DNA of 49,055 nt, the filler included, from Basidiobolus ranarum (Eukaryota): the NCBI GenBank assembly GCA_040143965.1. It is 2 parts of 2 records of this genome, joined end to end, with 100 filler letters (N's around TTAATTAATTAA, not from the genome) between each part and the next. Parts side by side here need not be neighbours in the genome. Positions count along the whole stretch, not along the records: positions 1 to 24,496 come from JASJQH010007027.1; 1 more part is not named here. One strand, 5' to 3'. Each line of letters starts with the position of its first letter. Position 1 is the first letter of the stretch. The translations under genes and the position numbers were made by a program. Below, in pieces: positions 1 through 13,600 of the stretch. The notes below the pieces were generated by a model. The model did no database searches. It was not told the origin of the DNA and saw nothing but the letters and a program-made list of their open reading frames with translations.

Positions 1-833
1 TAAAGTATTTGGGAGCCTGTTGGAAGTGATTTGGAGAATTAGAGGAATTGATGGTTTTCACTTATTAATTTATTGAGTAGAAAGTTGACATTTATAGTTT
101 TGTCAAGATATAAGCAAACTAATGCATAGAATTTGCTAAGAAATGTCACAGAAACTTGTGTGCAAAGTTTGGGGCTTCTAGCACAAGTTTGAAAAATATA
201 TATATCTGAGAACTTTGAAGTTGGTAAGAATGTTCAAAGTAAATTCCAATTGAAAATATTTGATAGTATCTTAGTGATTTATAAGATAACTAAGTGCTAA
301 GTTATAAAGACCTGTATAGGTGTTTATGCAATGCTAACTTCAATAAGTGCATGCTTGGGGCTCACAACCTGTTAAAATATTTGGGGGCCTGTTGGAAGTG
401 GTTTGGAGAATTACAGAAATTGGTGATTTTCACCTATTGATTTATTGATTATTTAATTGACATTTATAGTTTTATCAAGATGTAAGCAATCAAACATGCA
501 CAGTATGTTAAGAAAGATCCCAGAAACATGTGTGCAAAGTTTGGGGCTTCTAGCACAGGCTTTAAAATTCCACATATCTGAGAACTTCTAAGTTGGTAAA
601 AATATTCTCAATTAGAATTTGCTTTGAAGCTTGCAGATATTTAGACTTTTCAAACTCAAGCCTCAAACTTTGCCACATGTGCTTGGAGTCTTCTTTAACA
701 TGTTCTACATGCCTTTTGATAGTATCTTGACAAAACTATAAATGTCTACTTTCTATTACATATATCAACAACAGAAAACCACCAATTTCTCTACTTCACC
801 AAATCACTTCTGACAGACTCCCAAAATTCTTTA
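1..833. repeat. Degenerate foldback/MITE-like repeat: direct copies at ~1-250 and ~373-620, inverted copy at ~657-833
   Basis: taaagtatttgggagcctgttggaagtgatttggagaatt (1) recurs at 373. The reverse complement of 657-833 matches the same unit (gacatttatagttttgtcaagat, gcaaagttt). Positions 226-345 recur at 24597-24720. CpG virtually absent. Confidence 0.8.
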
Positions 834-1929
834 GCAGTATCCAGATATAGAATTCTTGGCAATATCTGGAACATGTGGCACATCACTAATAGTATACACT
901 TTCTCTTTGGAAGCACAAGTTAAATCAACTAGAGTTATGTAAGTTTGTACAAGTTCTGATTTTTTTCTAATAAATAAACATACCATAAGTTAGGTACAAG
1001 TTACTTAACTTAGCTCGAAATAGCTAACAGATAGCTAGCGCATCAATTGAATTTTAATCTTCAAAAGAAATTTTCAAACAAAACAAATCAAGTTCAAGTT
1101 AACTGCTTAATATTGGATGTTTCGTACACTTCCTAGTAGCACAACTAATTATCCTTAGCCTAGCTTGGATGAGTGATTAAGTCATATTTGGCAACTTTTT
1201 GAACCAATATTTCAACTGGCATTTTCAGAAAATACATTGTACTCCATTTTATTCCTGCAGATGGAGTGAATCTATGATAATTCGATAAATTAACCAATCA
1301 TGAGGCCGATGAATATGCGGGGTTGTAATCTAACCATGAGGTTAGTTTTACTCTGCACTATGTAAGTAATGTGTTAAAATCCGAGCTATCTGCAGAATTG
1401 TTGGTGGTGAGATTCTTAATATTAGTACTGAGAGACATTCCAATAATAAAGATCCATTTACAAGGGATAATATTAGTACTGGTTTTACAGCCTTTAACCA
1501 TGATTCTTTAATACTACTAATTGTAACCAACCTGATTTTAAGCAGGTTGACTTTATCCGCCTCGTCCCTCATCCTACGCCTTAGTCCCCTCTACATACAC
1601 TTTGGTTAATATAGAGTTTGTCTAAAACTTAAGCCTTTATAATTTCACTGGCGACATATATCCCCTCATCCAATATTTACCCACATCGTTTGGTGAATCT
1701 TTTACTGCATACCGACCGAAAAAATTGAACCATATACAGAAGGCATTACACAGTAGAATAGATATCCCTCGAAATCAACCACCATCTTGCAACATATAAC
1801 TTATTGAACCAAGTCTTTCAACCTTAGCTTAAGACACTTGTTCAAGTTTCATCTGTTGTTAACTAGAAGCAACGCAATTCTTACCTTTTCACATAACTGA
1901 AGCGTCATCAGCAAAGTGTAACGAACGAA

Positions 1930-4362
<2,433 letters not shown>

Positions 4363-4748
4363 TGAACACCGTTCTGGGATACGAGGGCGAAATCATTTAG
4401 GCAGCATACCCACCCATTCCCGCCTTTTGAACTTTTTCAACCATCTCTCTTCCACATCCTCTATCGATCTATACCCTAATATTAACTTAGTCCTATTTCA
4501 TACAACGCAAGGTTAACAAACAACGAAACGAGAGTTTTAGGATTTCCAATAAAAGCGAATAAAAAATCAAAGCGAAATAATGGATTTCCAGTATATTTTG
4601 AAGGGATTTTTATATATAATTTTCCACCGATAAACCCAGAAAAAGATTCGCTTGTTAAAGAATTATAGAACATTCAACAGGGTAAATATGGTCGTAAGAA
4701 ATAGTATGAGTAGGGATACATAGTGTGGTGTATTCCAATAAAAATTTC

Positions 4749-5018
4749 TTAACGAAGACGTCTAGCTTCACGCTCAGATTCCATAAGTACCAAGATATCG
4801 TTTTCACGCACGGGTCCCTTGACGTTACGAATGATAGAACGAGAAGTGTCATCCATGAATTCAACACGAACTTGAGTGACACCACCACGGGATCCGGTAC
4901 GGCCGAGAACCTTGATGACTTTGGCGTGTTTAACGGGGGCTTGCTTTTCCTAAATTCACATGGATGTTAAGAAATGGGATTGTATGGGCGATACGGTGGA
5001 TGGATGGATACTTACCAT
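4749..5018 (-). CDS. RPS28: 40S ribosomal protein S28 (eS28); ATG-only first exon, intron 4950-5015
   Basis: Manual translation [67 protein letters not shown]. Missed by the ORF track. Confidence 0.97.
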
Positions 5019-5440
5019 AGTTACGAAAAACCGTTCACTGTGAAAATGACAATGAGAAAGGAGGGAAGAGAATTCTTGTTTTACAAACTTTATGATTTGA
5101 CTAGATCTGACGTCATGGAAAAAAAGGAAGAAAAAAATCCATAGGAAATATTCAATTTTCTCCAGATTAATCTTGGTTTTGTTCCTTCATACTGACGGGT
5201 GGGGAGAAGTTTTTTATTTATTATAGTTTACAATTGGGTTCGATTCAATTCCTATCTCGAGAATTTTTTTCTATCATTTCCAGCATAGTTCATTAGTTTA
5301 TTTATGACCAACCAGATGACCAACCAGAAAGAAACAAAATGAGGGGGTAGTATGATTTAGTGGCCTAGATGACTTAAAAGTCTTCGGCCTCACAAACTTG
5401 TTCTTTCTTTCCTCTTGGTTATCTTTTTGATTTGCCCATC
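5019..5440. promoter_or_regulatory. Putative bidirectional promoter of RPS28/RPS4
   Basis: 422 bp between divergent ATGs. CRE palindrome TGACGTCA at 5108-5115 and a tandem ATGACCAACCAG at ~5304-5327. Confidence 0.6.
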
Positions 5441-6382
5441 ATGGTATGTGTGATTTAATATTAGCAATCATCTTAGTTTAGTATAACATACCTTAGAATA
5501 CATGTTGTGATGGATGCATTGGTTTCCTTGCTTGGATTCTTTTCATGTATGGATGAACTTGTTGATTAATCCGTGTTGTTGACTAATTAGGCTCGCGGAC
5601 CCAAGAAGCACTTGAAGCGTCTCAATGCTCCCAAGCATTGGATGTTGGATAAATTGACCGGTACTTATGCTCCTAGACCATCTGCCGGTCCCCACAAGCT
5701 CCGTGAATGTTTACCCTTGGTTATCTTTTTGAGAAACCGTCTCAAGTATGCTCTTACCAAGAAGGAGGTTCAAAGCATTCTCATGCAACGTCTTGTCAAG
5801 GTTGATGGCAAGGTCAGAACCGATACCACCTATCCTTCTGGATTCATGGATGTCATCTCCATCGAACAAACCGGAGAACACTTCCGTCTCGTTTATGACA
5901 CCAAAGGTCGTTTCACTGTTCACCGTATTTCTGCTGAAGAAGCCGGTTACAAACTCTGCAAAGTAAAGAAGGTCCAAATCGGCGCCAAGGGTATTCCTTT
6001 CGTCATCACTCATGATGGTCGTACCCTCCGTTACCCCGATCCTCTTGTCAAGGCCAACGATACCGTCAAGCTTGATCTTGAGACTGGTAAAATGACCGAA
6101 TTCATCAAATTCGATGTCGGTAATGTTGCCATGATCACCGGTGGTCGTAACATGGGTCGTGTTGGTATCATTACTCACCGTGAAAAGCATCATGGTGGTT
6201 TCGATATTGTCCACGTTAAGGATGTCTTGGATCGTCAATTCGCTACTCGTATGTCTAACGTTTTCGTCATCGGTCAAGGTAACAAGCCTTGGGTCAGTCT
6301 ACCCAAGAACAAGGGAGTCAAGCTTACCATCACCGAAGAACGTGATCGTAGAAGAGAAAAACAATTGGCTGGCTCTGCCTAA
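5441..6382 (+). CDS. RPS4: 40S ribosomal protein S4 (eS4); ATG-only first exon, intron 5444-5590
   Basis: [25 protein letters not shown]...[16 protein letters not shown]. Strong codon bias. Confidence 0.98.
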
Positions 6383-6915
6383 TTTACTGACATTTCGAGC
6401 AATAAAGAGACGTTTTACATTCTTTCCATATTTTCTCGTTCACCAAAGTGATTTTTATATTTATGAAGATAAAATTCTGACTGGAATTATGGTCAATTCA
6501 GAAATTAACCATCAAATAAAACTAGCTGAAGTGCAAATTCCAGAGAATAATAAATATCGGTAAATATTGGTCACGATAACGATAGTAAGGATGAAGTGAT
6601 AAGATTTGTTTCAAGAAATCCCACGGAAAACCCTCCTAAATGATTGGACCTACGAGAAGTAAAGAATTGTTTTGTTTACAAATGTAAGGGAAAGTTAAAA
6701 CAGGGAGAAATTTGAAATTTGATTCGTCGATATCACTATTTGTTGACATTCTCCAGAAAGGATGAATTTTTTGTGACTGATATTAAAGACTCGATTTTGC
6801 TACATAATTTACCTTTGTTTACTTTTTCATTGTTAATATCGTTTTATCTACTTGTTTGTTTCTTTCTAGGTAGTGGTTACTTGAAAAATTTCTTTAGTAT
6901 ATCACTCAATATAAT

Positions 6916-9900
6916 ATGTCCTCTTATACTTCTCAATCAAGTGAGAATTCGATGACTTCCGGACGTCGTTCTGCTGATCCAATTAATGGACGTCGTTCTG
7001 ATCCAAACAATGGGCGTCGGTCTGTTGAAGTTCAAAAACGTAGGGAGAGAGTTGCTAAAGAGGGAAGATATCAAGACGCTGAAAAAGAAAGCAATATACA
7101 AGTTGTTATCCGTAGTCGGTAAATAGCCAACAAGTAAACCCTTTCTCTTTATTAAAACACAACTAATACGTACTATGTGTAGAGGCCGAAACGATAAAGA
7201 ATTACGCGAGAACTCTCCTTCGGCTATACAGTGTGACAGCCTCATCGGTTCAGAGATCGCTTTATCAGCAGGTCATTATGATAAAACTGCCAGAACATAT
7301 ACTTTCGACAAAGTATTTGGCCCCGAAGCTACGCAAGAGCATGTCTACGATAACGTAGTTAAATCCTTCCTTGAGGAGGTACATATATATTATATAAATA
7401 TTATGTCATATCTGTGGATACTAATACTTTATTGAACTTTAACGTACCGATTATCAGGTAATTATGGGGTAAGCATACATGTTATTCTTGGAATATCTTT
7501 GGATTCTTACATCGATACTAATGTAAATGAACACTTCTTTTAGATATAATTGTACAATATTCGCTTACGGTCAAACTGGTACCGGTAAAACTTACACTAT
7601 GGAGGGAAATCTTGAGGAAGTGAATAGCTCATTTTCCAAAGATGCCGGTATCATTCCCAGAACTCTTCACCGGTTATTTGAAAGGTTAGAGTCAGAGACG
7701 GCTGATTATTCAGTTCGTCTTTCCTTTATCGAGCTCTATAATGAGGAATTGAAGGATTTGCTTGCTCCCGATGAGGACCCAAAGAGATTGAAGATTTTCG
7801 AAGACATTACCAGAAAAGGGTCTATCGTTATTCATGGATTAGAAGAGTTCTCAGTGAATAACGCAATGGATGGCGTTCAACTCCTACGAAAGGGCTCGTT
7901 TAGACGGAAGATTGCTGCGACCAAATGTAACGATAAGTCCAGTCGTTCTCATAGCGTTTTCTCAATCACTGTTCATATTAAAGAAACCACACCTGGTGGT
8001 GAGGAACTCCTTAAAGTTGGTAAACTTAACCTAGTTGATTTGGCTGGTTCCGAGAATATCGGACGTTCTGGTGCTGAGAATAAACGAGCCAGAGAGGCTG
8101 GCATGATCAATCAAAGTCTACTCACTCTTGGAAGAGTCATCAATTCTCTCGTAGAGAAATCCCCTCATATTCCTTACAGAGAGAGTAAGCTTACTCGTTT
8201 ACTTCAAGATTCCCTTGGTGGTAAGACAAAAACTTGTATCATTGCCACCGTTTCTCCAGCTAGGATCAATTTTGAGGAAACTCTGAGTACTCTGGAGTAC
8301 GCTATTCGTGCTAAAAGTATTCGCAACAAGCCAGAAGTTAATCAAAAACTTACGAAAATCGCCCTTATCAAGGAATATGTGGACGAAATTGACAGGCTTA
8401 AATCAGAACTCATGGTAAGTCAACAGCAATGGTACCTTCTCCTTCCCCTTCATCTCATGACTAATCATTAATTTTCAAGGCTACTCGAGACAAGAATGGT
8501 GTGTATCTCACCTCAGATAATTATCAGTCACTAGTAGATGAAAATGAAAGCAATAAGGAGCTTGTGGATGAGCTGAAGAAAAGTATGGAGACAGTACAAG
8601 AACAATTAACTCAGATCACCGACGAGTTTAAACAAAAAATGGATCTCCTAAATAGAACATCCGAACGTCTTGCAACTACGGAAAAAGAATTAGAAGTCAC
8701 TGCTGAATATCTTCAAGCAACCTCACAACATCTCGAGGTTACCAAGCAAACCCTGGAGGAACAAAAGATTCTTACTGAGGCTCATACTGAAACTGAGAGT
8801 ATGCTCAATTCTTTAGCTAATGGGTTAGTGTCTACCCTCAAGAGTAGTGTTGAGGATTGCCAACATCTACACGCAAAGATTGACCGTAAGAGCGCCATTG
8901 AGATGGAGAATCGACGACTTTTCAAGGAATTCCAACAATCATTGACTTCCCAATCGGAAGATCTTGAGGCTGAGATTGAAGAGTTCAAGCATGAACAAAA
9001 CACCTTTATGGATTCTTGCATCAGTCATTTACAAGAGTTTGTTGGTCAGAAATTGCAAGAGCTTGTACAGCAAGAAACGTCTATTGATGAGGCTACTCAA
9101 GCTATCTCTCAACGTCACTTGGGCATCGAGAAACATATGGAGACTTTCGCGAGTACCACAATGGCTAATCATCAGCATGTCTCTGAATCTCATGATACTT
9201 TGAAAACATCTGTTCAAGGGAAAGCCGCAACATTCCAGCAAGTGGGTAATGATCTGTTCGAGACATTCCGTCAAGAGTTGTTAAAATATCATAATGGCTT
9301 TATGGTTTGGCAGCAAAAGATGGAGGGAAGTTTCCAGAAATTGGCCAATAACTCCAAATCACAAATGGCAAAGCAAAGTGAGCTGATAGCATCATTGAAT
9401 CGCATGGTTCAAACCGAGACCGAGGAAGAAATTCAAAAACTTCGCAAGCAAAATGAAGAATTGTCTATGGCGCTTACACTTGAAAAGGAAAAGAATGGGA
9501 AATCGAAACAACAATTACTTTCTAGTATAACGGTGCTGATCCAAGACCACAGTGCTAAGCGACATGAGAGCCTCAAGTCTGCAATGGGTCAAATGGAGGT
9601 TTCGTTGTCCAAGAATAGTACTGCTCTTGATAACTTCAAAACCTGCTTCAATTCGATGTCTAGTAAAGCCTCTACCGAGATCACCAGCTTTACTGCCAAG
9701 ATAGACTCCTCCACTCAACAGGTCCTTGATGAAATCACAGCAGGATCTAAGCATATCGAATCCTATCATAGTAGTAATACTGTGTTGGCTGATGGTACTA
9801 GATCTCAATTGATTGCCCACGTAGAGAATTCCCAGAATGTTGTTGGGGAGCAATTGAAGAAGATAGAAAATGTTAATCTTGAATTGTTGGATGAATCCCA

Positions 9901-10276
9901 CAAATATCACAATGGCCACATGAAAGCAACCCAAGACCTTCGTTCTAGTATTTCACAAAAACTCAATTCTTCCAGATCAGCGGATGTGGAGATGCAAAGT
10001 GAACTGTCCTCGCACAAGAATGAGATGATCAGTGATTTCTCAACACTTACTGATAGCGTCAGTACTATGCGTAGTTTAACTGATGATCACTTATCCCATA
10101 CTAAGAGCACCATTGATCATCTGGTAGATCAAGATATTCGGGTTGATGAGTCTACGGGTACAACCCCCAAAAGACGCAAGTTTAACTACGAAAACACTTG
10201 GTCACTTACACGTCCTCATCAAGAAATCTTAGAGGAGCGTAGGCACAAGTCTTGTAAAACTGCTGACTCTCAATAA
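6916..10276 (+). CDS. Kinesin-5 (BimC/Eg5 family), 5 exons including an 11-nt microexon
   Basis: [25 protein letters not shown]-loop, [31 protein letters not shown] neck, long coiled coil, BimC box TGTTPKRR near the C-terminus. Confidence 0.95.
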
Positions 10277-10673
10277 TTGCATCCTGTACCAACATACTCT
10301 TGATTATCTCGCTATATGATCACATCTACCCATTAGAAGATTGTCATATGTGAAATGGAACCATCGATCCTCGAAATGATACTCAAGTGCTGGCCATGTG
10401 TTGTCATTTAAAAAACTCTTGTATGTACGAATATTCTTGATGTTCAGTTCTGCTTCTCTTGAATTATAATAAATCCCATGTTTTCACTTGTACATATCTG
10501 ATTGATTTAGGGGTATGTTATTTATTAATGTGGTAGAAACCTTTTAGCTGTGAGGGGGAGCAGAGGGGAAGGGGGTTAAGGTAAAAAGCAAAATTACATG
10601 AAATTTATACCCGAGAATTGTTGAGGTAGAATGAAATAAACAAAGGGAATTTATTTGAAAGATCGAAATAAAA

Positions 10674-13600
10674 TCATTCTTTTAAGAACTTGTTAGCGAT
10701 CTTTTCAAAGAATTGTTCCAATATCTCTCTTACTTCTGGTCGATCAACAGAGATCATTTTTACTCCAAGCAGGAAAAATCCTTTGATTTCCTTGCGTAGT
10801 TGGTCCAGTTTTACTGGGGGTTCAGATTGGGAATTCATCTCCTCGGATGGTTGTACTTCCCAAGGAATTTCCACCAATTCTTTATAAATGGTGACTACCA
10901 CTCTGGACCAGATGGCTATATCCCGATTATATTTGACCTGATCTTCTAACATAGCGATGTATCTTGTCAGTACCTTTGTCGATTCATTCACAATCAGGGG
11001 TAGGATTTTATCGGCTTCCGCTAATTCGGTATCATGGTCGTCACCGTAGAGTTTGTATAGGTCAAAGGTGAGTTGAAGATATGAGGACAACCCGAGCATT
11101 TCTTGCTTAACAAGATTGGGCATTTGCTGGACGTATCCAGCTTTCCACAAATGCAAACGAAGTTCGTAATTGGTATTGAAATCATGGGCAGTCTTGTATG
11201 ACTGATGGATACACAAGATCACTCGACTACGAAGATTGGCCGGCATAGACTGCAAGAGTGGTGCTTTAGGATTCGAAGAAAGATCAACAATAGCCTGTAT
11301 CACCATCAGATGATTAGAGCATTTTAATAGTGCATACATAAAGTCGATTTTCTTTGTTTGTTTGCTTTGATCACGATTGGGATCTAAATAGAAAAGTTCC
11401 GTAGGAGTGGTCAACGCTGATACTTCCAACAGAGTAGCAACGCAGAGTTCCCAAAGTTCCGGCGTAAATCTGGTCGTGTTCTCTTCGATCATTTTTTGGA
11501 GACTTGTAATTCCCTTTTGACTCAAATTCTCATTTTTGGTCTTGGTAAACTCTACTGTCATGTTCAATATGATTTTTACGAAATCTGGCTCGGTGGAAAG
11601 CACATCGAAATAGAGGCTATACAATTCAATCATGGAATCGATTGCTCGGCTCCATACAGGGATGAGTTCTTCGCGACGCTGGAATCCTTCATCTTGGAGA
11701 TCTTCAAAAAGTGGGAGAAGAACGCTTCTAAAAATGGTGCTCCAGAATGTGGCATCAAACAGCTTTCCAGAGGATCTTAAAGAATCGAAAAGAATCGAGA
11801 GGGCTTGGTCACGAACGTCACTTGAGGGTGAATCAACGGCTATTCTAGAAAGCCCCGAGAAAAGAGGGAACCATTTCAAGAATAGTCGTTCTTCTTCAAT
11901 CGTAGCGGTATCAGTAGGTTCTTCGGGTAGTGAATAGCGTCGAACCAAAGTGGGGGGATTGTCGGTGGTGGCTTCGGTAACAAGGCGACCCACACAATAG
12001 TGAAGTAAATCAATGGCTTTATGGATGATCTTTGAGTTTCCTTGGAATACAAAGTCCACTATACAGCTAGTCAAGTCGACAAACACTGGTCCGATCAAAT
12101 CGAAGTATTTCTGAGTAATTTGCTCCACAGTATCAAAAGCGCTCTTCACTAGTTCGTCATTGCCACCTTCAGCAATACGGCCACAAACGAGGAAAATGAT
12201 TTTCCAACCAGATTTGATATTGTTGGATCTGGCACTAACCAGATTGTTCAGTGATTGTATGATTAAATCTTGTATGGCGGCTGATTTGTTATGATTTATA
12301 ATGTATTCAAACGGTTTGAGGAATTCATTTTGAGTATGGAAGTGGGCCAACTCATCTCGCTCCAAGAATTTCGTACTCAATTGTCTCAATGAATCAATTG
12401 CAAAGGTTGCGACATCTGGATTGGAATTACATCCCATAGTGTTAAAGTGGGGCTGAAGGATACTCCAAATCTGTGCCCATTCGAAACGAATACGACTCAT
12501 GTTATAGTAAGTAATTTCCACAATCTTTTGCATGCTGAACATTCTAGGCCCACTACGATTCCCCTCTACTTCATCTAGTGAAACCTTACAGAGAGCACGG
12601 TAGAAGTGAAGAATGGCATTTCCGCTTAAGTTAACACTGCGAGAGAAGATACGGTCGATGACCACTAGCGTCTCCTGTGATTGGAGATCACGGACAAAAG
12701 TTGCCAATGCTGGGCGCGCTCTCAAATCCTCGGCACGGTAGCTATCGTAATGAGCGGCTCCTACAAGAGACCCAAACCAACTTGACTTTCGCGTATTTTG
12801 AGAGTCACTATGGACCGTATCAATGCTGGCTCTAGCTGAAGAGGTGGGGGATTCCATCGAGGGACGAATGGCGGAGTCGCCAATCAATTGAAGTCTCTCC
12901 ATCTGAGATATAACATACAGAATTATTTCCCATGAGCTCTCAAGGTATTCCCCATTTGCCTGAGCAATGGAAAGTAAGCTTCTCACGGCAGCTATGTTCT
13001 TATACTTGAGATTCTTGACTTGGCTAAGAGCGGTCAACTTCGCTAATGAGGAGATAAATGCATCACGCTCGATTTCCAATCGATACAGACAACAAATACG
13101 GATGGCCCCTTCAAACCCATTTAGACACAAGCTAATGGTCTCAGATTGCAGAGAGGGGTGACCTTTTCCTTCTTCTCCAGTAGTGCGAGCATCAGTAGCA
13201 TGCTCAAAAATAAGACTGAGAGTGGCCATAAGAGGGCACCATGCAACAGCAAACATTGGTTTGACATGATCTGCATGGGTCGCACTTCGATAAACGGCCG
13301 TGGGACGATGCTCAGATAACAGTGAAACCATTTTGTACTCTATATTGACAACCTCATTTTTGTGAAGTTTCGAGTTGGGTTCTTTAGCCATTTCCATAGC
13401 TTTCTCCTCGTTCATTACAATCTCATTAGTAGATATATCATCGAAGATTTCCCCCAAAAAGTCGGTAGAAAGATCAACGCTGATTCCGCGATTGTTATGA
13501 ATGAAAGCCTGTTTATCCATTCTATTTTTCACCTGCGATGAATGCTGATCTGTGTTTAGCATAATGATAGAGAACGCGAGGATATACGCAGTATCAGCGT

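Noticed and set aside
4725-4970. Plus-strand 81-aa ORF
   Set aside because: Antisense shadow of RPS28.
5711-6277. 188-aa antisense ORF over RPS4, and similar overlapping ORFs in SEC7, kinesin and MGM1
   Set aside because: Shadow ORFs caused by codon bias of the real genes, with no recognisable motifs.
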